NCBI RefSeq assembly: GCF_006345805.1
Contig: NC_043004.1
Span: 35,960,001 to 36,024,000, forward strand
Direction of reading: 5' to 3'
DNA: 64,000 nucleotides
From: Octopus sinensis
Lineage: Eukaryota
How positions within the stretch are numbered: the first letter of the stretch is position 1; every line of letters starts with the position of its first letter. The notes below the pieces were generated by a model, which saw nothing but the letters and a program-made list of their open reading frames with translations, was not told the DNA's origin and did not search any database. Shown here in pieces: positions 24,746 to 39,090 of the stretch. The position numbers were made by a program, and so were the translations under genes.

Positions 24746-26509
24746 ATATATCTTTACAACAGAAATGTTTAACAACTGAGCAACCTTGAAATCTTGCAAG
24801 AAATCTTAAATATTATTACTTTATTGCTGAAAGAAAAGAGAAAAATGCTGCTGCTCACTTGACCCAACCTAAATAGAAAGGTTCTTTGGAAATATTAGAA
24901 AAACCAATAAAAGAATATAGAAACTGTTGTATCTAATATCAAATATCTCTTTATTTTATCATAAAATTGTTGCATTTATTTCTCCGCTTTTCACAGTTTT
25001 GCAACAAAAATCTTAAAAAGCTAAGACAAAAATCTTATCTTGTTCACTTGGTCTGCATTAAAAGTCTTCAATATTTTGCAGTTAAGAAGAAATAAGGGAG
25101 CAGGCATTATTGATTGAACAGCCAACATTTAGAAACAAGAGAGACGGCAAAATTCTAACCTCGCAATTCTATAATCTAAACATTGTAACAAGAAAATAAA
25201 TATATAAAAAAACATTATTGATTATAGAGCTTTTGTTATAAAGGAATTGATCTACTTGCATTAATATGCATATGCATACCTATATCTTTTGATATATATA
25301 TGTTTGTGTGTATATGTGTGTACATGTGTGTATCTGTGTGTATGAGTGAATTTCTGCGTGTGTGTTGACACAGTCTTGGTTGTGTGGCTAAGAATTTGAC
25401 AACCTTTTGGTCTCAGGATTAGTCTGACTGCACAGCATGTTGGGTAAGTGCTTCTACTATGGCTCTGGGTCATCCAATGCCTTGTGATACAATTTAGTGA
25501 TACAATTTAGTCGATGGAAATTAGAGGGTACACACGCACACACTCACATATACACGCACACACTCATATATACACGCACACACTCATATGTTTCTTTTAT
25601 GAAATTTTCCATATCTATATGAAGCAGGACTTTTTTTTTTTTTAGATATTTTTCATTTCTGCATATTAGACCCTTGTAGTTTGTTTGAAACAATAAAGTT
25701 CCCAAATCCACCTTTCTTTAACGTTTCCTGCCTATCTCAGCCTCATGTTCAGGATATGGAATGGTGTTGATTTGTGTAGTGTCTCTTTACACAAGAAGCA
25801 GATTTTATTTATTCAGATTTTACAGCCAGAATTTCATTATTATAATGTGTTAGAGTTCTTGTCAGCAGATTTGCATTTTAGCCAAACCAGATGACATGGA
25901 ATTCTAATGAAAAGTAGGAAAGATTCTACAGCTGTTTCAAGAATAATTATATTCTCATAAACAATCACTTGTCTTCTAGGAACTGTCGTTGTGAAATCTT
26001 ATCGAAAGCCACTGTTATCATAACCTAAATCAGGTAGACTGATTTCATTAGTTGACACTTTTGTGGAGGTTAATTCTGTCACCTAAATTCCTGATGTTCC
26101 TTTAGTGTCAATTTTTCATGTTGCACTTTACTATGTAATATAACCATATGCAGATATATAGTCACTATTAATAAACTAATGCGTGTGTGTGTGCGTGATG
26201 TGTGTGTATGTTTGTGAGTGTATCAGTGTGTGTATGCATGTGTGTGTGTGTTCTGTTATGCTTTTACTTGTTTCAATCATTGGACTGCAGAAAAATGCTT
26301 ACACACCAGGAAGCTATTTAAGATGTGCCATTCACATTCAGAATGGCATTTATGAAATGAAAAAAAAAAAAACCAAAAAAAACTGTTTCCATGATTGACA
26401 AGCTTTTCTTCAACAACATTAATCACTTGGAACATGTCATCATGCTGTGTGCCCTGCATTCGGTTGCTTTTAACTTCCCAAAGTTAGGTTTATTTTAGAT
26501 ATTTTGTAT

Positions 26510-26685
26510 AAATGATGTTGATAGTTACGATGACGATAATGACGATGATGTTGATGATGATGATAGTGACGGTGATGATGACAACCATGACAACGATAAT
26601 GATGATGCGGTCGACAATGGTGGTAGTGGTGGTGGTGATGATGATAATGATGATGATGATGATGATGAGGAGGAGGAGGAGGAGG
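26510..26685. repeat. Degenerate (GAT)n/(GAG)n trinucleotide tract
   Basis: Directly visible; similar tracts at ~35680-35790 and ~36460-36495. Confidence 0.9.
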
Positions 26686-27502
26686 GTGTTACAAAAGCAG
26701 CATAAGCTGTAGTTTTTCAATGGACCAATCATTGGTTCTACAGAATTTCTGAGAGTGAGAGTTATGAGAGAGGGTCTGTGCAACTCAGGTGAAATAAACA
26801 CCACAAAGGTATTTTTGTTCAATGCACTAATTTATCTGCAATTTTCTCACTGGTTCGTGTAGGTTTCATCACTACAGCCTCGGCATAATCTTACACTTCT
26901 AAACATTCCTGCGTCTGTGTGCCAGAATATACCTATACACATGACGGAGTGACACACAGCTTCTGTCAACCAAATTATATTCCCCACATTGCACTGGTGA
27001 ACATGAAGCCATAACAGAAACCAGAAAAGTTCTTGTCCAAGGTGCCGTGCAGTATGATTAAACTAGGAAATACATGGCTGCAAAGCAAACTTTTAAAAAA
27101 CAAAGAGACATGTCTATACACAAAATTGCCAATAGAATACAAACTCTCTTCAACCATATCTTCTCATTTCGGTAAAGTCAAATCTCCAAATACCTTGCTC
27201 TCCTGCATTAACACAAATGTCTTTTACCTGTCAAAACTTAAGTTAAGATTGTTGCCCCTGGTATCTGCTCAGCTTCAATCTGTGTTTAGGATAAAAAAGC
27301 CTTCTAGCTGTCACCTGCCAATGGATTCCATTCCCATTTTTTCTCTTGGAACACATGTTTCCTACCAGAACTCATCATTGTTGGGTATGTAAACTGACTG
27401 AGCTCTCTCTCTCTCTCACTCTCTCTCTCTCTCTGTATATATATATATATATATATACTTATATGTGTGTGTGTATGTGTGTGTGTATGTGTGTGTGTGT
27501 GT

Positions 27503-27751
27503 AGGCATGTGGCTTAGTGGTTAGGGTGTTAGCATCATGATCGTAAGATTGTGGTTTCAATTCCTGGACTGGGTGACGCGTTGTGTTCTTGAGCAAAACA
27601 CTTCATTTCATGTTGCTCCAGTCCACTCAGTTGGCAAAAAGGAGTAACGCTGCGATGGACTGGCGTCCCGTCCAGCTGGGGAACACATACACCATAGAAA
27701 CTGGGAAACCGGGCCCATGAGCCTGGCTAGGCTTTAAAAGGGCGCATTTAT

Positions 27752-27755
<4 letters not shown>
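27503..27755 (+). mobile_element. tRNA-derived CORE-like SINE
   Basis: TGGCTTAGTGGTTAGGGTG..GTTTCAATTCC..TTGTGTTCTTGAGCAAAACACTTC..GCGATGGACTGGCGTCCCGTCCAG. Confidence 0.85.
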
Positions 27756-27782
<27 letters not shown>

Positions 27783-27922
27783 ATATATATATATATATTA
27801 TATATATATATATATATCGCGTTCCAAATAACATTCTATCAATTCTAAGACACACCAAAGTTTGGTTGTCTCTCACACTTTTCTTTAATGATCATCTTGC
27901 TGTTACTCTAACCTCACACGCG

Positions 27923-27966
<44 letters not shown>

Positions 27967-28594
27967 TGCACACACCTCCTCTGTTGATGGCACAGTTTAT
28001 CAGGTGCTGACTATCAAAAAACACAAGATTAAAAAGCTCATATATACTGCTGATACATGGCAGACAATACAGATGTTACACAAACGGACTTCAAAGAAAT
28101 GCAGGCCATTCATCAAATTGATAAAAACATTTTCATTCACCCACATCTGTGCTTTATTTTCTCTTGGCCTCTTTCTATGGCAACAAATTCATTTTCTTTC
28201 ATCAAACAAGTTTCCTATGGCCACCACTCAACTTGGAACCTGTATGTGGTTTCTCAACTAGCCAGAAATAGCAGCAAACCTTACTGCCTTAAGCAGGGAG
28301 AGGCATGATGAATAATGTACAGTAATCTCAGTCATTCACAGATTTATTTGATGACATTTGACTAATGATTAGACAACAATAACAATCAGTTCATATGTTT
28401 TTCTTCCCTTCCTAGTCCCCCCCCCACTCTGCTACTCAGCCATTGACCTTAACCTTTCTTTTTCCTTGCTGTTCCATTCCCTAGAGTTTCCTTTCAGTTC
28501 ATGTTTTATCTCTGCAGACATTGATCTAAAATATTTCAAAGCAAGCAGCAACTGTCTCACTCTCAGCAGTTTGGTGCTGACCTCTTTTTCTGGT

Positions 28595-28910
28595 TGCTCT
28601 ATTCGAGTGAGGTCGTTGCCAGTGCCGCTGGACTGGCTCCTGTGCAGGTGGCACATAAAGAGCACAATTTGAGCATGGCCGCTGCCAGTACCGCCTGATT
28701 GGCCCTTGTGCCGGCGGCACGTAAAAGCACCCACTACACTCTCGGAATGGTTGGCATTAGGAAGGGCATCTAGCTGTAGAAACTCTGCCAGATCAGATTG
28801 GAGTCAGGTGTGGCCATCTGGTTCGCCAGATCTCAGTCAAATCATCCAACCCATGCCAGCATGGAAAACGGACGTTAAACGACGACGACGATGATGATGA
28901 TGATGATGAT
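28595..28910 (+). mobile_element. RTE LINE 3' end
   Basis: GGTTGGCATTAGGAAGGGCATCTAGCTGTAGAAAC...GACGTTAAAC(GAC/GAT)n. Confidence 0.85.
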
Positions 28911-29729
28911 TCATTGCTTCATAAGAGAAGGAATGGTAATACCCGAGTCATTTTCAGGTTCTTCAGAAGAATGGTAAAGAAGAATCTACATTTCATAGTT
29001 TGCAGCAATAGGAAGCTATGTTTGAAAGTAGCTTCAGAGTAGATATCCAACCTGAATGATTGCAACAAAATTGCCTCAACTAAAAGCATGCAAACCTGAA
29101 GTAGAGGAGGGGCTGTTAATAAACTGGGGTAAGGGAATAAGTCTACAACATCACTGTATTTTAATCTAAGAGTTGGTGCTAAACATATCCCCAGCCCATA
29201 TTCTCTTGCTAACATGGACCTGCACAGATTCAGGTTATGCATCAGTCACACCAACCTCATTGATCTAAGAACACCTGTGAGCATCTTAAGGTGTGCTTCT
29301 CTCCTTCCACTTGTATAGAAAGAAGAGAGCCATTCTTTCTAGAAGCGACCATTTTTGTTATTTCAAACCTGCTCCTAGTTCCTCATGCATCTTCTAACTA
29401 TATTAACTATACTAAACTCTCTTAAATATCTTTAACTTTTAGTCAAAGACATCTTAGAAAGGTTCTGACCACTGTTTCACGTACTTAGATTAACTGATAA
29501 CAACAAATATTGCACCAGTCTAAGATGGTAAATATTACTTGGTAGGTAGAAGAAGGCAGGGCAGTGAAATTATTTTGAGAAATGACTGTGCATTTGATTG
29601 GTATTGTTCTTTGTTGAGATGTTATTGAAGAATTTGTCTGAAAGAAGTAGAAAAAGGGAATTAACATTTGGGAGGAAGGATTATGTCTTCTGTCGAGATA
29701 AGACATGAGAAGGAAAATAAATCTCCGAA

Positions 29730-30150
29730 AAACACACACACACAAGAACACACATACAAACACATACAAACATACACACAAACACACACACACACAAACA
29801 CACATACAAACACACACACACGAACACACACACACACACACACACGAACACACACACACACGAACACATACAAGCACACACGAACACACATACAAACGCA
29901 CACGAACACACACACAGAGGAGTACCCACACATACATATACACATGCACACACACACACGAACACAAATACAAACACACATGAACACACACACACATGCA
30001 CAGTAGCACCCACATGCACAGTAGCACCCACACATACAAACATATACACACACATACATACACACACATACAAACACACACGAACACACATACACACACA
30101 AGTACACACACACAGTAGCACCCACACATACATATACACATGCACACACA
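29730..30150. repeat. Compound (CA)n-rich tract
   Basis: Directly visible; includes 3 copies of CACAGTAGCACCCACA. Confidence 0.9.
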
Positions 30151-30284
30151 CAAAATGAGATTACTGTTATTATTAAATGTTAGTATGTTACCTGAAAATA
30201 CTGCTGTAAACAATGTCATTCATATTGAATGGGAAGAAATGCTAAACTCTAACAGATGACTATTATTGGGGAGTGAGTAGTTGA

Positions 30285-30316
<32 letters not shown>

Positions 30317-30919
30317 ATAGAAGGAGGGAGAGGGGAGAGGAAATTCTTTCACTGGTACACAAACACACAAAATGACGAGACAAATAATATCCTAGAGATT
30401 AACTTCAGCTTAAAATCCCTGGGTGAATAAACGCTACGCACCAAAATAGTGAGAATCATTTTATTCTTATAACATGAAAAGTGTGAAAGATTTGGGCTAT
30501 GTCAAGAATTTGGCTTTGGCGCATTAGCTCTAGGAATGTTAACAATCTTGTATCTGTTGTCTCTAACATTGCATTAACAGTTTTCAATGGTGTGGCCTGT
30601 AACATCTAATTAAAAAGTAATGTTTAGTTATAAGACAACATACTAGATTCATTGTCTGTTGCATTCCACTTTAAAAACTTCATTTTCTATTTGTTTAACC
30701 AACCATATCTGTGTAAATATTAAAGACTATTTCTTTAAATTGTCTCCATAGAGTTGAGTTGTTTTTATATTTTAGTACATTAAGACTCACATTTGATAAT
30801 CTTCCAAGCGAACCCATTTTTTACAGGGATATTTATAGCAAATCTTGTCCTTAGGTACTAGCATGGTTGTGTGGTAAGAAGCATTATGAGTGGATTTTTT
30901 AGACAGAAACTGAAAAAAG

Positions 30920-31230
30920 TCCATCATCATCATCGTCATCATCATCATCATCATTTAACGTCCATTTTCCATGCTGACATGGGTTGGACAGGTTGACTGA
31001 GAACTGGCAAGCTGGGAGGCTGCACCAGGCTCCAATCTGATTTGGCAATGTTTCTACGGCTGGATGCCCTTCCTAATGCCAACCACTCAAAGAATGTGGT
31101 GGGTGCTTTTTTACATGCCACCAGCACAGGAGCCAGTCAGGCAGGCCTGGCATCGACCACATTCGGATAGTGCTTTTTATGTGCCACCATCATGGGAGCC
31201 AGTCAGGGGGTATTGGCATTGGCCCCATTT
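30920..31230 (-). mobile_element. RTE LINE 3' end
   Basis: (CAT)n-TTTAACGTCCATTTTCCATGCTG...GGCTGGATGCCCTTCCTAATGCCAACC. Confidence 0.85.
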
Positions 31231-31534
31231 TGGATAGTATATATATATATATTCATATGCATGTGTGTGTGTTGTGTACATATATGTGTGTGTATATGTG
31301 TGTGTGCCTGTATGTGTGTGCGTGTGTTTGGCCCCTAACACTGCTTTACTACCAGCATTGATACGTTTATATCCCCTGTAACATAGCAAAAGTGACCAAT
31401 AGAATAAGAACCAGTTTTTAAAACAATAAATCCTGGGGTCAAGTCGTTCGACTAAAATTCTTCAAGGTGACGCTCCAGCTTGGCCGCATTCTAATGACTG
31501 AAGCAAGTAAAATATAAAAGACAGATAAAGATAC

Positions 31535-31710
31535 ATCATCATCATCATCATCCTCGTTTAGCGTCCGCTTTCCATGCTAGCATGGGTTGGATGGTTCAAC
31601 TGGGGTCTGGGAAGCCAGAAGGCTGCACCAGGCCCAGTTTGATCTGGCAATGTTTCTACGGCTGGATGCCCTTCCTAATGCCAATCTACGGATGGATGCC
31701 CTTCCTAAGT
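31535..31710 (-). mobile_element. RTE LINE 3' end (short)
   Basis: (CAT)n-GTTTAGCGTCCGCTTTCCATGCTAGCATGGG; local duplication of CTACGG.TGGATGCCCTTCCTAA. Confidence 0.85.
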
Positions 31711-31867
31711 TGAGAATATTCAGTAGCCATTACTCAAACATATTAAATAATTTTTCATAGATTTTTTTCTTAATTCTATATTTTTAAAACTTTAATTTAA
31801 TATTTTGTTTTAAATTCTATATTTTTGTCAAATTACAATATTTCTTGATGTTTACAGCAAGATATGT

Positions 31868-32156
<289 letters not shown>

Positions 32157-32671
32157 TGATTCAAAACAAACCTGAGCCGACCTATGATCGAAAATATACT
32201 AGCCATGGCCACCCTGTCTTTTCCCTCTTTAAAGTCTACCCACAACCACAATATCCAATGTGTATGTCTTTTCTGAGATGATAGAGTGTGATTTAGGTGA
32301 GAGTTGACTACTGTTTCTAGCAGGTTAAATGTGTTCAACAACAAAATGAGACAGCAATGTACTTTTTATCCACATGGACAAAGGCAAATTACATTTAATA
32401 TCACTATATTATATGAAAACACTGTTGTAGTACAGTGTCATATGTTTAATATCTTCTTCACTCTAAACATCCACTTCTCCATGCTTGCATGGGTCAGATG
32501 GAATTTTGTTGAGGTGGATTTCGTATGACTGGATACCCTTCTTGTTGCCAGCTGTCACCTTTTTTCAAGAAGGGTAGTATTTCCTAATGGTCAGCCATGC
32601 ATTCTTTGTGTGCACGCACACACACACGCACACACACACACACACACACACTCATATACATATAGATACAT

Positions 32672-32729
<58 letters not shown>

Positions 32730-32789
32730 GTGTACATATGTGTATTTACATATTTGTACCTATATATACATATAGATAATGTATGCCTG

Positions 32790-32821
<32 letters not shown>

Positions 32822-32829
32822 ATATATAC

Positions 32830-32884
<55 letters not shown>

Positions 32885-33084
32885 ATGGAAAAGGTAAATG
32901 AAAAGAAATGTTTCAGTGAAAAGAGAGTTAATTGGCCATGTCAAATGGGGTGAATTATTTAGAAGAAAGACCCATCAATATATTTTTACATTGATTTATT
33001 GATCAGCTGTCTGCACCTTGAGCAGAATGATTGACATCCCTATCAACAACTTTTCTCTTTCTGTCTCTCTATTCTCACGTTAGT

Positions 33085-33265
33085 ATGCCGGGTGAAAATG
33101 TTTAGCGGTATTTCATCTGTCTTTATATACTGAATTCAAATTCTGCCAAGGTCGACTTTGTCTTTCATCCTTTCAGGGTCGATAAATTAAGTACCAGTTG
33201 CATACTGGGGGTCAATCTAATTAACTGGCCCCCTCCCCAAAATTTCAGGCCTAGAGTAGAAAAGT
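33085..33265 (+). mobile_element. Meta-like tRNA SINE
   Basis: GAATTCAAATTCTGCCAAGGTCGACTTTGTCTTTCATCCTTTCAGGGTCGATAAATTAAGTACCAG. Confidence 0.85.
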
Positions 33266-33589
33266 ATATTGGTAGAGTTTTAGTATCTTAACATTTTCAA
33301 GAAAGGAAGAACACATTGGATGATGTTGTTTGAAGGCTTGAAGCAAAAGTGCTGGGTGTCTAACTAGATTGTTTTTGATGAAGGAATTGTATGATAAAGG
33401 CTGACTTGTGGTTAAACAAAACTAACCAACACATAATCACTTTTACCATAAGTATTCTTCTTCTTGCCCCACAATGGACAAAAACTGCCACCTCTGCTAA
33501 TTCTCCCATTTATTTGGCAGCTGCAGTTGAAAACAAAAAAACCCTCATCTTTCATACATTTAGTTGTGTTCTCTGTTGAATTGAAATTC

Positions 33590-34300
33590 TAAACAGAACT
33601 ACTGCACCCCTGCCCCAAACCCCTAAGTCTACAAACTGTCTCCCATTCTCCTATTACCTTATATTTGATAATTCTTATTTGACAATGCACTTTGGTAGCC
33701 ACCAATCTTTACTCTCTGACCCACTGCAAGCAGGATTTCTAATTGTTACAATCATTCTCAAAACTGGCAATGATCTCCAAAACCTTATGATCAAGAACTT
33801 TTCTATAATCCAAATAAATTAAATCTCAGAAGCCCTGCCAACTCATTTATCCCTAACACCACAGTCACAGCTGAACCCTAATCCCAGTTTCATTTCCTTA
33901 ACAATTGCAGTGTCATCAGTTGTATTTATGAGCATTGCTTGCAAGTTCTGCAATGTGGTGTTTGAAAGTAGACACAACAAATATTAATTTAGATGACTTT
34001 TCCCAAAACATCTCCTCGTTGTCCTTAATAATGTCCACAAGTTTTCCAAAACTGTGACCCAACACTTTGTCCTTTATTCAACAGACTACTTCTTGTTTTG
34101 TCCTATCACATTTCCTCTCACAATTTCAATTACCAGGGATGTCTTATTTCTCCCTTTGGGTTTACTTTTCTTAGTCGCAACAGCAAACACTGTCCTCTTA
34201 GTCTCCCTCCAGGATCTTCCAGTTGTAAGAAATCATGTATTTATTGTCTTTTATTCCTTTCTCAGTGACCACAAATACAAGTTCAATCGAAAGAATATGT
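33590..34300 (-). mobile_element. Decayed CR1-group RT fragment
   Basis: DLIYLDYRKVLDH...LQWVRE...GEWETV resembles CR1 DVIYLDFSKAFD...L.WI..FL...S.W..V. Confidence 0.55.
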
Positions 34301-34535
34301 AACACAGATAGTTTCTCTCATGTATTGTTACTTCTAACCACACACACACACTCAAACATACACACAGAGTATCACTTTAATTATCATTCATCTTCTACTC
34401 ACTGGGTGTTATTCACAAGCAAACTGGACACACTGTATCAGACTTACACAAGTTCCATAAAAACAAAGACCTTTAAATCCTCCGATGTGAATGTGAAAAA
34501 CTAATCATTTCCAAAAGCGCTGCCAAACCAAGACA

Positions 34536-34740
34536 TTAACTCTTTTGCTTGCATTGCTTTCGTTTCAATTAATTTTGAAACCATTGAAGAATTTGGTAGA
34601 ATAATTGTCATTATTAAGCTGGTGTTTGGAACAAAATAACATGAAATTTTGATGAAGCTTTGAATTTGATCATTTTAAGATATGGAATTTGTATCAAAGA
34701 ACTGGGGTAGTCGCAGGTGTGCTGGTATCAAAAAGGTTAA
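34536..34740. mobile_element. TTAA-bounded piggyBac-type MITE
   Basis: TTAACTCTTTTG...CAAAAAGGTTAA termini; internal match to ~15780-15954. Confidence 0.65.
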
Positions 34741-37040
34741 ATGAAAGTTTGTTCTGAGATAGACAAAGTGTGTACATAAGATCTAACCTACAGCTGGATA
34801 TAAGCTGCAAGGGTTTTGAAGAATTATTTATATGGAAATAGCAAAATAAAGATAAAAATAAAATAAAATGCATATAGTAGTGTTATTATTGTTGTTTAGT
34901 CTACAAGTAAACCATGATTCAGCTGACCTATGACATTCCAGCCATGCCTGCCCATCTTGTCAGTGTCATTTCTCAAGATATCCTTTGCTTTTCTTAAGTT
35001 GGTGGTGGGAGATTTGGCTGTCATTTCTTCTGCATAAAAGTTAGCGAGTCACACACACATATGAATGCTGAGATTGTCTTTCAAAAAACTTACAGCTTAC
35101 ATATATAAAGATAAATATTTCAGCAATGAAATCGATTTTTGGAATATTTCAAAAAATTGAATGCCACAGTAGATATTTGGAACCTGATAGTTTCCTTGCT
35201 TGTTGTGACACTATATTTACCCTTATTTAATTCCTGACCCTTGGAAGAGAAACCAAGCATTTTAAGTTCCAACCTCTTCTTTTAGATTGATCAGTTCTTG
35301 TACAATTAATGTGTGTGTTATTGTAAAAATTTCTAATTGACCACCAGAGAGATTAGAAAAGATTAAGGATTATCATCTAACACAATAACAATTAAAAATC
35401 ATTTTGTTTGTTTGTTAGGCAGAGAATAACATTGAAATTCTACCCATTCCCAGACAAATATCCATAATCGGCTTTTGGTTGAAGTTTATCCAGTTCCGTC
35501 TCATCTTTCATTTTGCTGAGATACACTCAAGTGATTAGTGCAAGAGGCTTTGGAGAATTGTTGCAAATAATCTCGAATGGTCAGTTGGCAGCAGGCTTCA
35601 CCGTCTCACAGAAGTCATCATGCTGCTCATGATACATTTATTGTCAGCATAATAACAAGCAGGGCAATGATGGAGTTGAAGATGATGATGATGATGATGA
35701 TGGTGATGAGGGTTGTGATGGTAGTGCTGGTGGTAGTAGTGGTGGTAGTGAAGTGGAGGAAGAAGAGGAAGAAGAGGGATGTTGATATGATTGACGACTG
35801 GCATAGCCATCATTCGTAAATATAGTTGCTCATAGTTTTAGTTCAGTCAGTAGTATTCCTGATTATCACATTATTGCTACAACAATGATTTTCATGAAGT
35901 TGAGGATGATGATGATGGAATTAAATGAGAACAATAGTCGTCATCAATATTATTCGTTAATTATAAATTTCTTCTTCTTCTTTGTTGTAGTGGAAATGGT
36001 ACACCCCTCCCCCAGGATATGTGGTATGAACCAACCACTATAAAGTGAGAAGATGTCAACTAGTATGGTGAGTCATCTGTCAGTCGTAGAGTCATTGTAT
36101 GAGTTCTTAGTTGGAGTTAAGTGTCAGTTATCTGCTATAGTCAAGTTCAAGTCACAGTCAAGGTAGACGGTTCAAATTTAGTGTCTTACAGAGCTATTAG
36201 CGATAGCATGTTAGACGAAGTAGTGTATTACTATTTTGGTATAGAAGAGATAGACTGTATCTGATGCCAAGAAAATATCGGGGCTACTAGAGTAGATAGA
36301 ACAGATATAGTCACAACATTGGCCACACATTGTAACTGTGGAAGACATCACATCATAACATTCTTCTTCTTCTTTTTTGTGTCCCTACATACAACTGACC
36401 AGTCCACATGCCATAATAATGAGAACAGTGATGTTGATTATGATAATAAAAACAGCACTGATGATGATGATGATGAGGAGGAGGAGGAGGAGGAGAGTTA
36501 AATCAATCAGCATTTGCTCTTACTCTTACTATCACTCACAAGGCTCTGTGTTTTGTTTGGTTAATTTCTACCTCTAATCTATATTCACAAATTATATATA
36601 TAAAAAAAAAGGAAAAATAGAAAGAAATGCAAATTTATTGAAAAATAAATAAATAAAAGAGAGAAAAAAACTGCATAGAAAATATTTTTGAAGAAATTAG
36701 ACATTCATTTGTATTCTGACTCCGACCATTTAGTTGTTTAATAGTTCATGATGGTAATACATAATATGTGAGTTGGAGATAAATTGTTAAAAAGGTGCAG
36801 TATAGACATGTGTGTGTGTATGGGCATATACATACATGTATGTATATGTATATACATATATATATATATATACACCCACATGCATGTGTATATATGTATA
36901 TACATATATATATATATATATACACCCACATGCATGTGTATATATGTATATACAATATATATATATATACATACATATATACACATACATACATACATAC
37001 ATACATAAATCAAAATAAGCAGCAAGGATATCCAGAGGTA

Positions 37041-37130
37041 ATGTAGTATGATCGTTTCATGCAACTCCAGTTAATTGAACAATGCAATCATTACATCAAA
37101 TTGAAATGCAGAGCAATCTTCAGCTGCACA
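37041..37130 (-). ncRNA. Type I hammerhead motif, decayed (pLTR end)
   Basis: GTGCAG CTGAAGA ... GAAA CGATCA TA CTACAT; shares GAAACGATC.TACTA with the intact 51524 motif. Confidence 0.55.
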
Positions 37131-37559
37131 AAGACATAAAATTTGATTAAATTAGAACAGATGGACACATTAATATAATTATACCTAAAATCTCCAAGGA
37201 GGAGGAGATAGACAAAAAACATGCTGTCTCACTCCAGCATAGAAGTTACTAAGTTTTCAAGAAGATATACATTGTTACAGACTCTGCCTGTCACTGATAT
37301 TTTTGCTTTTATGGGGTGGTTTTAATTTATAGACTAGTATATCAAATCCCTTGTTTTTCTAAGGCTGAGAGAACAGAGGGCAGTATCTGTTAGGGGTAGG
37401 GCTGAGGGAGCAGACAGACATCATAGTTGGTATAATCATAAAAATCAAGATTTATTAGACGCAATATCATGAGGTTTGGTAAAGGAAAACTTAAAACAAG
37501 ATGTTAGCTGACAATTAAGGGGGTCGCCCACTAGCAGGCCATTGATAATGAAACAGGGG

Positions 37560-39090
37560 AACTCTTATCATGTAGTACTATAGTTAAATATTTTAAACAG
37601 TATTGCTATATTGTATACAGTTAAAGTTTAGGGTTATTCAGTGGATTATTAAGAATATTATAACAAAAGGATAGAAATTTATGAATACTTTTGAGTATAT
37701 ACCAAACCTTTATCATAATAGAGGGAGGAAAAGAAATTATCCAGAAATAGTTTAATATTTATACATATTGTACACTTAAATACTAACTCATCAGATGGTG
37801 TCTGGGAATATTGATTAATTGGATATATACTGGTATTAATAAAAGAGTATTGGGGTAAAAGAACATGCTAATTATATATTAATAAAATTATAATCTAAGC
37901 AGTTTTTTTTATAAGTAGTGAATATACCAGTATAGTTATATATAAGCTAAGTATGAATTTATAGAGATACAAAAATTAGATTAATTTTATAAATAAATAA
38001 AGGCTAAGTATAAAATAATAAAGAAATAAAATAAAATAATCAAGTAGGGCAGAACACCATAGAAAAGGAAATAAAATAGTTCAATTACTAATACTATGGT
38101 AAATTATATGTAGCTTATTAACATCAATAGAGAAGAGTTTTAGAAAAAGTATAATAATTCAAAGTATATTAGACTAAAAGTTATATATTTACTTATTTAG
38201 CTAATATCAATAAAAGACTGATGTCTGGTATCAGCTAAAGGAATATTTAAGCTATGGAACAATCATATTTTACACTAATATTTTTTTAAAAACTAAGGGT
38301 TATATTATAGGTTTAAGAAGTTATTATTGTTACTCCCTACATGATATTTATAGTTTCTTAGTGGTACTTGTTTAGAAGGGTTATTTATATAAAGGCCCTT
38401 ATAAATACTAAGATCAGGAGGGTAGAGCCATTTAAGAAAGAGATAAATCAAGTAACTTCTAAAGATCATTTCAAGCAATATTGTCTTATTGTATAAAGTT
38501 AAAATTTAAGGTAATCAAGAAGATTATTAAGAATGAAATTATAACAAAAGGACAAAATTTCTTTGAATATTTTGAGTGTATACCAAATTTTACCACAATA
38601 GAGGGAGGAAAAGAAAATTGCAAAGAAATAATTTAATATTTATTTACTTATTACTTATCTAAATATTAACTTATTATATGGTTTCTATGGAGATTGATTA
38701 ATTGGATTTAACTGGTATTTAATTAGGGAGCAATTGAGGTGAAAGAACATGTTAACTATATACTGATTTAATTAATTTGAACTATTTTAAGTTGTTGAGA
38801 TACCGGTATTACCATTATATATAAACTGAGTACGAATTAATAGGGGTACAAAGATTAGATTTATTTAAGGCTACTATAAACTAATAATAATAATAATAAA
38901 ATGATCAGTTAGGGTAGAGCATCATAGAAAAAGAACAATCACTAAAAAGCATAATAAAATATCCATACACTATTATCTTCAATAGCAAGTATTTATAGAA
39001 AATGTATATATTAAAGTATTATGAGTTAAAAATTGTTAATTAACTTATTTAGCTTATTATAATCAGGACTGAAACCCGGTATTGGTAATT
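37560..39090. repeat. Diverged ~880-bp tandem duplication, AT-rich
   Basis: AATAGAGGGAGGAAAAGAAA with GAGGGAGGAA at 37721 and 38601; further matching blocks at a similar offset. Confidence 0.75.

Noticed and set aside
12925-27755. tRNA genes at 12925, 15465, 20807 and 27503
   Set aside because: A/B boxes are present, but I could not fold a complete cloverleaf, and each continues into a repeated SINE body.
35987-36318. TGT...ACA bounded segment resembling a solo LTR
   Set aside because: No matching TSD, polyA signal or second copy.
37560-39090. NUMT or alternative-code coding sequence
   Set aside because: TAA/TAG stops occur in the frames I translated; no mitochondrial gene, rRNA or tRNA motifs recognised.
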